Origin: Sandaracinaceae bacterium
Lineage (GTDB): Bacteria; Myxococcota_A; Polyangia; Polyangiales; Sandaracinaceae
Assembly: GCA_044220955.1 (NCBI GenBank)
Contig: JBGAQA010000067.1
Location: 1 to 36,963, forward strand
DNA: 36,963 nt
Reading direction: 5' to 3'
Positions 13,305 through 24,995 of the stretch are shown in pieces; within the stretch, counting starts at the first letter, position 1; each line of letters starts with the position of its first letter. Both the position numbers and the translations under genes were made by a program. Below the pieces are notes generated by a model that searched no databases, was not told where the DNA came from, and saw only the letters and a program-made list of their open reading frames with translations.

Positions 13305-15197
13305 CTACTGGCTCGCGTCGAACGCGAAGCTCGCGCCCATGCGCGGCGCGCCGAAGCTCGGGAAGTGCGCCGCCGCGACCGCGCGCTGCACGCACGCCTG
13401 GAACGAGGGGCTGCCCGCGTCCACGCTCGAGCCGAGCACGCTGCCGCTGCCGGCGATCGCGATGTTGATCCGCACGCGCCCGAGGTGGCCGCCGCTGCGC
13501 AGCTCCGCGCCGACGCAGGGGAAGAACGAGTTGATGCGGCCGTTCATCACTCCGGCGACCTGGGCGGGCGAGAGCCGGCTCTCGCTTCCGCCTCCCGTCG
13601 CGGAGCCGATGTCGGCGACCTGGCTCATCGCCTCCTCGTACGACGTGCCGCCGCCGCCTGCGCTGCCGCCGGAGTGCCGCGGGCCGTGGTGCGCCCCTCC
13701 GCGCGGCGGATCGGGCAGGATGCCGGCCGTGCCCTCGATCTCGATGTCACCGCGATCGTAGAGGTCCGCGATGTCGGCGCCGGCGATCTCGTGGCTCTGC
13801 TCGGCGCCGCGCGTGAGGAAGAAGACGACCAGGACGATCCCGACGACGCCGAGGACGGCGGCGGCGATCACGAACTTCGCGGCGTTCGACGCCTTCTCGG
13901 TCTTGGCCGACTGCACGATCGCGACCTTCTCGGCCTCGGCCTGCGCCTTGATCTTGTACTGCTCGACGAACTCGAGGAACTCCGGGTAGTCGCGCGTCTT
14001 GCGGCGCTCGCCCGTGTCCATGTTCAGCAGCACGTGGTCGCCGAGCACCTCGCCCTTGGCGATGAGCCCGACGAGCTCGCGCCCCGAGAAGGGCCCGTGG
14101 TCGAGGCCGTCCTTCTGCGCCATCCAGCGCGCCGCGTCGTTCTCGGTGATCTTGGAGATGATCTTGCCGAGGTCGACCATCGCGCTCGCCTGCGCGGGCG
14201 GCGGAGCGCCGACGAGCGAGGGACGGAACTCCTCGTGGATCGACACGCGCTGACCGATCTGCGGCACTTCGCCGGCGGGCTTGGGCGCGGTCATGGCCGG
14301 CGGCATCTGCGACTTGCGCTTGGCCTCGTCGACGTCGATGTCGATCTCGAGGCTCGCGTCGTGCCCCATCATGTTGCCGAGCGCGCGCTTGACCTCCATC
14401 GCGCTCTGGTAGCGCGCCGCCGGATCGGCGCTCAGGCAGCGGAGCAGGATCTGATCGAGCTCCGGCTTGCCCTCGGGGTGCGCGCTCGAGGGCGGGACGA
14501 AGTCGTCGGTCGGGGCGCGGCCCGTCGCGAGCGCGTAGAGCACGCCCCCGATCCCGAACACGTCGCTCGCCACGCTCGCGGCCGCGCCCGACGCCCGCAC
14601 CTCGGGCGCGAGGTAGAGCTGCTCGCCGGCGCCGAGCGCCATGGGACCGGCGGTCTTGAGCAGCGCCCGCGCGATCCCGATCTCGGCGAGCTTCACCTTT
14701 CCGTTGGACACCCAGACGACCGCGCTGCGCACCGCGCCGTGGCACGCCTTCTTGACGTGGAGCACCGAGAGGCCCTCGCAGAGCTGCGAGACGAGATCCA
14801 CGATCTGAGCGAGCGGTAGCCGCTGTGCCGAGGTCCGCGTGTCGGCGACCGTCTTGCCCTCGAGCCACTCGCACGCGACGAAGCGCGCGCCGCTCTTCTC
14901 GCCGCCCATGCCGAACGTCGTGATGGCGTTGCGGTGCACGATGGCCGAGGCGACCTTCAGCTCCGCGCGCAGGATCTCGAGGTCCGCCGGCGTCGCGAAG
15001 AGGGCGGGCGCCAGGATCCGGAGCGCGATGCCCTTCTTCGTCTTCTGGTCGCGGGCCTTCCACACGACGCCGACGCCGTCCTCGCTCGCGGGCTCGATCA
15101 GCTCGAAGCGGCCGCCGAGCACGGCGCCAGGCGCGAGGCCCGCGGCGGCCGAGGCAGCCTGGCCCGGGGCGCCCCCTGCAGGAACGGCGGATGTCAT
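13305..15197 (-). CDS. Pseudokinase - GYF_2 - TM - AgmX/PglI (TonB-C-like) domain protein
   Basis: Kinase fold with degenerate motifs (ALR for the VAIK Lys, HGAVRS for HRDLKP, EIG for DFG) but APE and SDVF retained. Then GYF-like WMAQKDGLDHGPFS, a TM helix, a Gly-rich linker and LSPAQVAGVM...PC...RINIAIAGSGSV...ACV..AV....FP. Confidence 0.75.
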   Translation of the reverse strand: MTSAVPAGGAPGQAASAAAGLAPGAVLGGRFELIEPASEDGVGVVWKARDQKTKKGIALRILAPALFATPADLEILRAELKVASAIVHRNAITTFGMGGEKSGARFVACEWLEGKTVADTRTSAQRLPLAQIVDLVSQLCEGLSVLHVKKACHGAVRSAVVWVSNGKVKLAEIGIARALLKTAGPMALGAGEQLYLAPEVRASGAAASVASDVFGIGGVLYALATGRAPTDDFVPPSSAHPEGKPELDQILLRCLSADPAARYQSAMEVKRALGNMMGHDASLEIDIDVDEAKRKSQMPPAMTAPKPAGEVPQIGQRVSIHEEFRPSLVGAPPPAQASAMVDLGKIISKITENDAARWMAQKDGLDHGPFSGRELVGLIAKGEVLGDHVLLNMDTGERRKTRDYPEFLEFVEQYKIKAQAEAEKVAIVQSAKTEKASNAAKFVIAAAVLGVVGIVLVVFFLTRGAEQSHEIAGADIADLYDRGDIEIEGTAGILPDPPRGGAHHGPRHSGGSAGGGGTSYEEAMSQVADIGSATGGGSESRLSPAQVAGVMNGRINSFFPCVGAELRSGGHLGRVRINIAIAGSGSVLGSSVDAGSPSFQACVQRAVAAAHFPSFGAPRMGASFAFDASQ

Positions 15198-15376
15198 GTC
15201 GGATGCGAACCTAGCGGACGGGCGGGCTCCCGTTCAAGGGCCGATGGCGCGCACGCGCGCGGCTTTCTGCCCACAAGGTGCGCGCCGCGTTGACCTCGTC
15301 GCCCGTCCCCGCGTACGCTCGCGGCCACGCGCAGTCGTCCGATTGCGCCGCGACCGCACGGAAGGACACGGGCCGA

Positions 15377-16216
15377 ATGTTCCGAGCGAGGTTCTGGGGC
15401 GTGCGCGGAAGCATCCCGACGCCGGGGCCCGACACAGTCCACTTCGGCGGCAACACCAGCTGCGTCGAGGTGCGCTGCGGCGATGCGCGGATCGTCTTCG
15501 ACGCGGGCACGGGGCTGCGGCTCTGCGGCAATTCGTGGCTCAAGGACATGCCGCTCACCGTGCACCTCTTCTTCAGCCACGTGCACTGGGACCACATCCA
15601 GGGCTTCCCGTTCTTCGCCCCCGCGTTCGTGAAGGGGAACGTCATCCAGATGTACGGGCGGGCCAACACCGGAAGCACCGTGGAGACGGCGCTCGCCGGA
15701 CAGATGGAGACGCCGAATTTCCCGGTGCACCTGCGCGAGCTGCCGGCGCGCCTCGTCTTCAACGACATCCATCCCGGCGAGGCGGTCGAGGTCGCTCCGG
15801 GAGTGCGCGTCACGAGCGCGGAGGGCAACCACCCGGGTGGCGTCTTCGCGTACCGGGTCGACTACGAGGGCAAGTCGCTCGTGTACGCGACCGACACCGA
15901 GCACTACCCGAGCCCGGCCGGCCCGGACCCGAAGCTCGTCGCGCTCGGCAAGGACGCGGACGTGTTCGTCTTCGACACGATGTACACGCCCGAGGAGTAC
16001 GAGGGAAAGAACGGCGGCATCCCGAAGATCGGCTGGGGGCACGCGCACCTCGACGCGGGCCTGGCGCTGATCGCCGCGGCCAACGCGAAGAAGTACGTGC
16101 TCTTCCACCACGATCCTGGCCAGTCCGACGCCGCCGTGCGCGACAAGGAGCGCCGCGCGAAGGAGAAGCACCCGGACTCGATCTGCGCGTACGAGGGCCT
16201 GATCCTGGATCTGTGA
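15377..16216 (+). CDS. MBL-fold metallo-hydrolase (phosphodiesterase-like)
   Basis: FWGVRGSIP, GGNTSC, DAGTG, SHVHWDHIQG (HxHxDH), HPGG, TDTEH, WGH and FHHDP. Confidence 0.9.
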   Translation: MFRARFWGVRGSIPTPGPDTVHFGGNTSCVEVRCGDARIVFDAGTGLRLCGNSWLKDMPLTVHLFFSHVHWDHIQGFPFFAPAFVKGNVIQMYGRANTGSTVETALAGQMETPNFPVHLRELPARLVFNDIHPGEAVEVAPGVRVTSAEGNHPGGVFAYRVDYEGKSLVYATDTEHYPSPAGPDPKLVALGKDADVFVFDTMYTPEEYEGKNGGIPKIGWGHAHLDAGLALIAAANAKKYVLFHHDPGQSDAAVRDKERRAKEKHPDSICAYEGLILDL

Positions 16217-16257
16217 TGCTTCGGGCGCCTGCGAGCCGACCCGCGTATGATCGCGCC

Positions 16258-17757
16258 ATGCGCGTGACGCACACGCTCGTCGCCTGTCTGCTCGTGCTGC
16301 TCGTCACGGCCGGCCGCGCCTGGGCCCAGACCGATCCTCTGGAGGTGGCCCGCTCGCACATGGAGCAGGGCCAGGCTTTCTACCTGCAGGGGCGCTTCGA
16401 CGAGGCCGCGACCGAGTTCGAGCTGGCCTTCGAGGCGCAGCACTTCAGCGCGTTCCTCTTCAACGCCGCCGTGTCGTACGAGAACGCGGGCCACCTGGCG
16501 CACGCCGTCACGCTCTTCGAGCGCTACCTGGAGGCAGAGCCCGAGGCGAGCGACGAGGACGAGGTGCGCGCGCGCCTCTCCCACCTCCGGGAGCGTGTCG
16601 CCGCGCGCGCGGCGGAGGCGGCGCTCGCGGCCGAGCACGCCGTCGACACGCCCGAGGCCACGCCCGAGACGGCCGCCGAGGGGAGCGCGGTCGCCGAGAT
16701 CCCGCCGGCCGAGGCGAGCCCGCCGCCGGCGGCGCTGCCGGAGGACTTCAAGTCGCTCGTGAACGTCCGCACGGAGCCGCTGGGCGCGACCGTGCGCATC
16801 ACCGACGCGTCCGGGGCCCTGGTCGAGGCCGGCAGCTCGCCCGTGTCGCAGACGCTGGAGGCGGGTCGCTACCACATCGCGATCCACCACCCCGACTTCA
16901 ACCAGGCCGACGCCGACATCGAGGTCGCGCCCGGGCACGTCTACCTCATCCAGATCAACCTGAGCCAGGGCGAGTTTCTCGGCTACCTGCGCGTCGTCAG
17001 CGATCCGCCCGGGGCCTCCGTCTTCGTCGACGACCACGACGCGGGCGCCCGCGGCGTCACCCCCTTCGAGGGGCCTGCGCGCGTGGGCGCGCACCACGTG
17101 TGGATCGAGCGCGCTGGCTACGAGACCATCGAGCAGGACGTGGAGGTCCAGCTCGGGCGCGACTCGGAGACGGAGGTCGCCCTCGAGCGTGCGTCCACCG
17201 GCCGCATCCGCGTGATCGGCAACGTGCGCGGCGCCGCCATCTTCGTCGACGACGTGGAGTCGGGCGCCGTCCCCTGGGAGGGCGAGCTGCGCTCGGGCAT
17301 GCACACCGTCCGTGTCGTCGCGGACGGCATGAAGCCGTGGGAGCAGGGCGTCGAGATCGCGCGCGGGCAGCTGACGCCGGTGCGCGTGCGCCTGCATCCG
17401 TCGCCAGGTCGCGGGGGCGCGTACATCGCCGGCGCGTTCACCGGGCTCCTGCTCGCGGGTGGGATCACCATGACCGTGCTCGCGAACGAGTGGACGACCC
17501 AGCTCGCGGGCGAGCGCGCGAACGGCACGCTCGCGTCGGACGACCCGCGCATCGATCAGGGCTTCGCCTTCAGCATCGCGCAGTACTGCGGCTACGGCCT
17601 CTCGGCGATCCTGCTCGGCGTCACGATCTACTACGCGGTGTACGACGACCTGCCGCCCTCGGAGGCGACCGTGCTGGAGCCGCGCGACTGGGCGGTGATG
17701 CCCCTGCTCGATCCGCAGACGGGGATCGCGGGCGTCGCGGCTCGAGGGAGGTTCTGA
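16258..17757 (+). CDS. Secreted/envelope TPR and multi-PEGA domain protein
   Basis: Signal peptide ending AWA-Q, TPR-like helices, and three PEGA-like repeats (TEPLGATV, SDPPGASVFVD, NVRGAAIFVD). Hydrophobic C-terminal segments, ending in GRF. Confidence 0.85.
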   Translation: MRVTHTLVACLLVLLVTAGRAWAQTDPLEVARSHMEQGQAFYLQGRFDEAATEFELAFEAQHFSAFLFNAAVSYENAGHLAHAVTLFERYLEAEPEASDEDEVRARLSHLRERVAARAAEAALAAEHAVDTPEATPETAAEGSAVAEIPPAEASPPPAALPEDFKSLVNVRTEPLGATVRITDASGALVEAGSSPVSQTLEAGRYHIAIHHPDFNQADADIEVAPGHVYLIQINLSQGEFLGYLRVVSDPPGASVFVDDHDAGARGVTPFEGPARVGAHHVWIERAGYETIEQDVEVQLGRDSETEVALERASTGRIRVIGNVRGAAIFVDDVESGAVPWEGELRSGMHTVRVVADGMKPWEQGVEIARGQLTPVRVRLHPSPGRGGAYIAGAFTGLLLAGGITMTVLANEWTTQLAGERANGTLASDDPRIDQGFAFSIAQYCGYGLSAILLGVTIYYAVYDDLPPSEATVLEPRDWAVMPLLDPQTGIAGVAARGRF

Positions 17758-19489
17758 TGATGCGCTCCCTTCTCGCGGCCCTCGCGCTCACCCTGGCGCT
17801 CGGCGCGCTGCCCTCGTGTGACGCGCTCGACCCGACGTCGTTCGAGCGGATCCGGCAGTCGTCGGAGATCGTCATCGCCCGCAGCCCGGGGGGCGGCAAC
17901 GGCGCGACGGGGTTCGGCGCCGTGCTGCTCGGCTTCGGCACCTCGTTGCCGGACACCGCCATGCCCGCGCGTCCGGTCCGCGCGTCGCGCTTCGCCGTGT
18001 CGGGCGGTGCGAGCGGGCCCTACGCGGTGTATGCGGCGTTCGACGAGCACGTCGTCGACGCGCGCACGACGAGCGGCCTGCTCGTCACGGCCGGGCCCGA
18101 CGCGCGCTACACGGGCTGTGTCGCGGCGCAGTTCTGCGGGGAGGGCAGCAGCATCTCCTTCGCCGAGACCGACGTCTGGCACCAGGACGCCGCGACGACG
18201 CGTCAGGGCTGCGTCATCGTCCCCTCGGGCAGCGCGATCGTCGACTCCCGTACGGGCGATCACCGCGAGCAGGTCCAGATCCGGTGCGAGCCGAGCTCCT
18301 CGCAGGTCCAGCCGATCGACGTGCCGGTCGAGCGCGTGAACTTCGGCGTCTCGGCCACGTCGCTGCCGGACGAGCACCCGCTCGGCGCGGCCATCTTCGG
18401 CGCGCCGGGGGACGCTCGCGGCAACGGTGGGCTCTACCGCCTCGACGACTACCCTCTCAACGGCTTCGTCCGCGTCGATCTCGCGGGGACGCCGCCCGGA
18501 GCCGGCATCGGCCGAACGATGGCGAGCGCGGCCCTGGCCGACGGCACGATCCTGCTCGCGACCGGCGCCAGCGACCGCCCCGACGATCCGCTCGTGGTCG
18601 TCGCCACCCTCGACACGACGGGGACGGCGGTGCTGCGCGCGTGCCTCCGCGGTCACGGCACGCGCTACGGCTCGTCGCTCGCGTTCGGCGACTTCGACGA
18701 GGACGGCGTGCCGGACCTCGCGATCGGCGCGGGCGTCTGGCAGCCCGAGCAGCTCGCCTCGCAGCACGTCGATCAGCCGATCGACCTCTTCTCCGGCGAC
18801 GCCCTCGTGCGCGGCCGCGCGCTCGGGTGCGAGCTGCCGCCGGCGACGCCGCTCTCGCCCGCGCGGACCCTTCCGTGCGCGAGCGACACCTCCGCCGGCT
18901 TCGTCTGCGCCGCCGGCACGCAGGACACCTACACGGGATTCGGCGCGTCGATCGCGGCCGGCGACGTGAACGCGGACGGCCACGTCGACCTCGTCGTCGG
19001 GGCGCCCCTGTCCAACGTGCGCGCCGCGGGCGCGGGCGTGGTGCGGGTGTTCGCGGGCGGGGGCGACTTCGCTTCGCTGGGCGAGGGCACGGCGGAGCGC
19101 CGCGCCACGCTCACGTACTCGAGCATCGCCACGGGCGCTCGGCTCGGCGCGGCCGTGTCCCTCGTGCCCGGCGTCGACCGCTTCGAGATCGTGGCGGGCG
19201 CGCCCGGCGCCTCGCGCGTCGCGCTCTTCCTCTGTTCCGGCATCGTCGGCGATCGCCCGCAGGACTTCGCGGGCCGGAGCGTCACGCACGGCTGCGTGCT
19301 CACCGCTCTGCCGGGACCGGGCGCGGACGCGGGCACGGGCGGCGATGCGGGCGGGCCGCGAGACGCGGGGACCGACGCGGGCGCCGTGCGTGACGCGGGG
19401 ACGGACGCGGGCGACGACGCGGCCCGACCACCCGCGCAGGACGCGGGGGACGTGGACGCGGGCGCGGACGCCGACGTGGACGCAGGCTG

Positions 19490-19490
<1 letters not shown>
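17757..19490 (+). CDS. FG-GAP (integrin-alpha-like beta-propeller) lipoprotein with a DAG-repeat tail
   Basis: Signal peptide with Cys (LPSC), FGAPG, GDFDEDGVPDLAIGA, GDVNADGHVDLVVGAP and AGAPG. TGATG overlaps with both neighbours. Confidence 0.85.
19325..19487 (+). repeat. Low-complexity coding repeats (GACGCGGG; Asp-Ala-Gly units)
   Basis: Repeated DAG triplets at the C-terminus of the FG-GAP protein. Confidence 0.8.
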
Positions 19491-20980
<1,490 letters not shown>

Positions 20981-21014
20981 GCGAGAGCGCGGAGCGAAGA
21001 GGCGCTCGGGTCAC

Positions 21015-21073
21015 GGGGTCACTCCACCGAGTGCCAACCCTTGGAGATCACAGCCCTCGTGTGGAGTGACCCC
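21015..21073. repeat. Intergenic 13-bp perfect inverted repeat with a 33-nt spacer (REP/MITE-like)
   Basis: GGGGTCACTCCAC (21015-21027) and GTGGAGTGACCCC (21061-21073), with partial extra copies at 21008-21014 and 21082-21089. Confidence 0.75.
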
Positions 21074-21147
21074 ACGTGCGCGGAGTGACGCCGCGTGCGC
21101 GCTTGCCCGCGCTTGCCCGCGCGCCCGACCGGCGCGACCCTGCGGCC

Positions 21148-21696
21148 GTGCGCATCGTCGTCGCGCTCGCCACCCTGCTCTGCATCGACGGCTGCTCGCG
21201 TCGCGGCGTGCATCCGGACGCGACGTTCGGCGACACCGCGCTCGTCGACGCCGGCGCGCCGATCGACGCCCGGCCTGCGACCGACATGGGCGCGCCGCGC
21301 GACGCCTTCAGCCCGATCGATGCGCGCCCCGCGGGCGACTCCGGCCGCGACGCGGCGACCGTGCGCGACGCCGGCTCGCCCGGAGGCGGGCTCGACCCCC
21401 AGCTCGACGTGCCGCCCGCGGGCAATGACGTCTGCGCCTCGCCCGGCTCGCTCTCCGAGTGCCCCGGGATCGCCGTCTGCCGGTTCTACTCGGCGACCGA
21501 GGGCCGCTGCGAGAGCTGCTCGGCGTGCGGGAACCTCTTCGCGTCGTGCGCGAGCGGCGAGGACTGCGACATCCTCTTCGTCTGCTTCCAGGGCCAGTGC
21601 ACGAACTTCTGCACGCTCGGCACCAGCGAGTGCGGCGCGCCCTCGGACTGCATCGACATCGGCCATCCGGACCGCGGCGCTTGCCGTCCTCGCTGA
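21148..21696 (+). CDS. Cys-rich putative lipoprotein
   Basis: Short signal with Cys (IDGC), a DA-rich linker and a C-terminal Cys-rich domain. The GTG start at 21148 is inferred. Confidence 0.7.
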   Translation: MRIVVALATLLCIDGCSRRGVHPDATFGDTALVDAGAPIDARPATDMGAPRDAFSPIDARPAGDSGRDAATVRDAGSPGGGLDPQLDVPPAGNDVCASPGSLSECPGIAVCRFYSATEGRCESCSACGNLFASCASGEDCDILFVCFQGQCTNFCTLGTSECGAPSDCIDIGHPDRGACRPR

Positions 21697-21707
21697 TCAC
21701 CCGCGGA

Positions 21708-22421
21708 TCACCCCTGGGACTCCCACCCCTCGTCGGCCTCGCCGGGCATCACCCTCTCCTGCGGTCCCGTCTGCGCAGGGGTCTCGTGCGGGACGCGATC
21801 GGGACGGGCGAGCAGATCGAAGTGCCGCACGAAGTCGGCGAGCGTCCCGCGCTGGGCGTCGTCGAGCACGAAGGTGTCGCCGCAGATCCTGCCCCGCACG
21901 TCGCGCGCGAGGGCCATCGCGCGCACGGCTTCGATCGGCAGCTCCATCCGGACGGCGTCGTACACGCCGCCGTGCATCGGCGCGCCGATGTAGCTCGCGG
22001 TGATCGGCAGCGGCGTTCCGTCGAGCGTCACGCTGACCTCGCACGCGGCGCTCCATCGCGCCGACGGGCTCGGCGCGTCGACGATCGTGCTCACGGTCAG
22101 CTCGTTCTCGCGAGGGTGCGCGAAGAGGCGGACGGAGCCCCAGCCGTAGAGGGTGTGGGGGACCGACCACGGCACCTCGGCCCGCAGCGCCGGCAGGGCG
22201 TTCGGAGCCTCCTCGATCCGCACGCGGCCCGAGAGCGGTCGCCCGTCGGGGAGCGTCACCGAGCGCGCCGCCACGGTGGTGGGCAGCGACGGTGGCGCGC
22301 TCGCCGCGAGCGCCGGTGCCGGGGGGCCGAGCGCGCGGCCCGTGATGCCGCCGAGCACGAGCACGCCCAGCAGCGCGAGGCTCCGCGCCCTTCCTCGTGC
22401 CCGCCGCGGCGTCCCCCGCAT
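21708..22421 (-). CDS. Hypothetical exported or membrane-anchored protein
   Basis: Basic N-terminus, one hydrophobic helix, then a globular domain. The start is uncertain. Confidence 0.6.
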   Translation of the reverse strand: MRGTPRRARGRARSLALLGVLVLGGITGRALGPPAPALAASAPPSLPTTVAARSVTLPDGRPLSGRVRIEEAPNALPALRAEVPWSVPHTLYGWGSVRLFAHPRENELTVSTIVDAPSPSARWSAACEVSVTLDGTPLPITASYIGAPMHGGVYDAVRMELPIEAVRAMALARDVRGRICGDTFVLDDAQRGTLADFVRHFDLLARPDRVPHETPAQTGPQERVMPGEADEGWESQG

Positions 22422-22564
22422 GGGTCCCCGAGCGTAGCTGGCCGGACTGTGAAGAGAGAAGGGCATCGCGCCGGGCAACCCGACCCGCCCTAGACCCGGC
22501 GGCTCGTCTGGAGCTTGGTTTTTTCCGGGCGCAGTGCCTCCGGTCGTCTACTCTCTGCCACCCC

Positions 22565-23167
22565 ATGACGAGCCGGCGCGAGGCGAAGGCCCAGACCCAG
22601 CAGCGTCTGCTCGACGCCATGCTCGCGATTCTCCACGAGTCCGGCCCCTCGGGGCTCACCACCGGCCGCATCGCGGAGCGCGCCGGGCTCGCCCAGCCGA
22701 CCTTTTACGTGCACTTCCCGGACCTCGACCGGGCCATGGAGATGGCGGCGGACGAGGCCGGGGCCCGGCTGATCCGGATCCTCGCGTCGCAGCGCGCCGC
22801 GGTCGAGGGCGCCGGCCGTGTCCCCGGCGGGCGCCTCCGGCTGGCCTTCCGGGCGGCGCTCGAGGGGTTCGCCGCGGACCGGCAGACGACGGAGCTGTTC
22901 CTGCGCCACCGCCGTGACACCGCCTCGCCGTTCGCGGCGCGCTTCCGCACGGTCCTGGCCACCGGCCGGGACCAGCTTCGTGACATGCTCGCGAGCGGCG
23001 GCGTCGCGAGCGCGGACGTCGTGGCCGTGCTGGTGCTGGGCATGGTGACCGGCACGCTCGAGAGCATCCTCGACGGCCGCATCACCGACACGGAGGTCGC
23101 GGTCGACCGGCTCGTCGAGGCGACGCGGGCGCTCCTCCAGCCCCCGGGTGCTCATGCGGCGACGTGA
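22565..23167 (+). CDS. TetR/AcrR family transcriptional regulator
   Basis: HTH LTTGRIAERAGLAQPTFYVHF. Confidence 0.9.
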   Translation: MTSRREAKAQTQQRLLDAMLAILHESGPSGLTTGRIAERAGLAQPTFYVHFPDLDRAMEMAADEAGARLIRILASQRAAVEGAGRVPGGRLRLAFRAALEGFAADRQTTELFLRHRRDTASPFAARFRTVLATGRDQLRDMLASGGVASADVVAVLVLGMVTGTLESILDGRITDTEVAVDRLVEATRALLQPPGAHAAT

Positions 23168-24443
23168 CGACGAGACTCAGCAGATCTACAGCCCCGCGGT
23201 GCAGCCGCGGGCGGACGCCCCGTCCTCCGGCGTGGCGTGGGGCGAGCCCGCGCAGGGCGTGCGCTTCGGGCTGCGAGCACCTCAGGGCGCCGTCGAGGCG
23301 GGGAGCAGCATCCAGCTCGAGCTGCTCTGCGAGAACAAGGGCCTGACGCCCGTGTGGCTCTTCGGCTTCGTCAAGAAGTACCCCCGGGCTCTTCGGGTGT
23401 CGCCCCCCAAGCCCGACCGCCCGTACATCCGCGTGTCGTTCGGCGACGTCAACGTGCTTCACCCGCCCGAGGCGTTCGTGCGCCTCGAGCCCGGGGCGAT
23501 CGCGACCACCGGCCTCGATCTCTCCTTCGCGTTCGATCGGCGCGGCGCCGGGGCGTTCTCGGTCGTGTTCGCCTACGAGCCCGTGCGCGCCGCCGGCATG
23601 GTCCGCCCGTGGCGGTCGCGTGACGGGGGCGTACCGCTCACCGGCATCGCCGAGGTCAGCGTCGAGCGCGCGCGCGCGCTGCGGGAGGCGGGGGTCGACG
23701 CCGCGACCGAGGCAGCGCTCGACTCGCTCCTGGCCGCGGGCGATCCGAGCACGGTCGAGCGCTTGCGGGCGCTCGGTCGCGGGGGCGCGGTGTACGCCGC
23801 GCGCCGCGTCGCGCGCGTGGTCGCCGGCGGCTCGGAGGCGGCGCTCGGCTGGCGGGCGCTCGACGCCCTCGAGCTGCTCGGTCCGGAGAGCCTCGCGGCG
23901 CTGAGCGCGGCGCGCGACGAGGTGCCGCACGCGGCGCCCGCGATCGACTTCGCGCGCGAGTGGCTCGAGCACCGCTTCGGGCAGACGCCTTCCGCGTACG
24001 ATCTGCCCTTCGTCACCGCGCTGACGCAGCTCATCGAGCAGCCCGACCGTCGCGGCAACTTCGTCCTGAGCTGGTCGCCCTACGACTCGCCCATCCACGG
24101 CGCGCTCCGGATGGAGATCTTCGGCAACGGCGATCGCATCGTCGTCGTGCGCCCTCCGGGGCAGGCCGTCCCTTCGACGCGCCGCACCCGGCTGGGACCG
24201 ATGCACATGACGGCGATGCTCGACGCCGTGCTCATGTCGGGCGCCTGGATGCTGCGCCCGCTGCGCACACAGGGCCTGCCCGACGAGCCGCGCCCGGCGC
24301 TCGAGATCCAGCTGCAGCTCGGCGAGACGTTCGCCCGCAAGATCTCGATGTGGAACGGGGAGTGGCGCCAGGGTCCCGCCTTCCGACTCGCGGACATCCT
24401 CGATCGCCTCGCGTCCGGGACCGCGGAGCGGACGGGTCGCTGA
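23154..24443 (+). CDS. Hypothetical protein
   Basis: Long ORF with protein-like composition, overlapping the TetR stop. It has a beta-rich N-terminal part, an Ala/Leu-rich helical middle and a separate C-terminal domain. Confidence 0.7.
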   Translation: MRRRDDETQQIYSPAVQPRADAPSSGVAWGEPAQGVRFGLRAPQGAVEAGSSIQLELLCENKGLTPVWLFGFVKKYPRALRVSPPKPDRPYIRVSFGDVNVLHPPEAFVRLEPGAIATTGLDLSFAFDRRGAGAFSVVFAYEPVRAAGMVRPWRSRDGGVPLTGIAEVSVERARALREAGVDAATEAALDSLLAAGDPSTVERLRALGRGGAVYAARRVARVVAGGSEAALGWRALDALELLGPESLAALSAARDEVPHAAPAIDFAREWLEHRFGQTPSAYDLPFVTALTQLIEQPDRRGNFVLSWSPYDSPIHGALRMEIFGNGDRIVVVRPPGQAVPSTRRTRLGPMHMTAMLDAVLMSGAWMLRPLRTQGLPDEPRPALEIQLQLGETFARKISMWNGEWRQGPAFRLADILDRLASGTAERTGR

Positions 24444-24525
24444 ATTCGCCGCGCCGGGCGGCCGGGCGGGGCGGAGCGCACGGCGGGGGGCTCGAGGCCG
24501 CGCGGTCGGTGTATACCTGCATCCC

Positions 24526-24984
24526 ATGAGCCGCCTCGCCCAGGTCGTCGTCGCCGCCACGGACTTCTCCGAAGCCTCCGAGCTCGCCGTGCGCGCGGCG
24601 GCCGTCCTCGCGGCGCAGAACGAGGCGAGGCTCGTGGTGGTTCACGTGCACGTGCCCCCGGACACCACCGCCCTGGTCCCCGACCCCGTGACGGGGCTGA
24701 TGATGGCCGACACCCTCACCCGGGAGGAGCTGCACGACGAGCTCCGTGCCCTCGTCCGGCGCGTGATCCCCGACGCGCGCGGCGTGACGACGGCGGTCGC
24801 CACGAGCCGGCGACCGGCCGACGGCATCTGCCACTACGCGCAGCACGTCGGCGCGGACGTGGTCGTCGTCGCGACGCACGGGCGCTCGGGCGCGGGCCGC
24901 CTCCTCATCGGGAGCGTCGCCGAGGAGGTGGTCCGCAAGGCGGGCTGCCCGGTGCTCACGCTCCGCTCCAAGGCCCCGAGCTGA
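24526..24984 (+). CDS. Universal stress protein (Usp family)
   Basis: VVAATDFS and VVVATHGRSG...IGSVAEEVVRKAGCPVL. Confidence 0.93.
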   Translation: MSRLAQVVVAATDFSEASELAVRAAAVLAAQNEARLVVVHVHVPPDTTALVPDPVTGLMMADTLTREELHDELRALVRRVIPDARGVTTAVATSRRPADGICHYAQHVGADVVVVATHGRSGAGRLLIGSVAEEVVRKAGCPVLTLRSKAPS

Positions 24985-24995
24985 GAGGTCCGACG

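Noticed and set aside
19325..19487. CRISPR-like or mobile repeat array
   Set aside because: These are short, irregular in-frame DAG coding repeats with no constant repeat-spacer structure and no cas genes.
21015..21073. Rho-independent terminator or tRNA
   Set aside because: There is no U-tract on either strand, the loop is long, and no cloverleaf or T-loop motif is visible.
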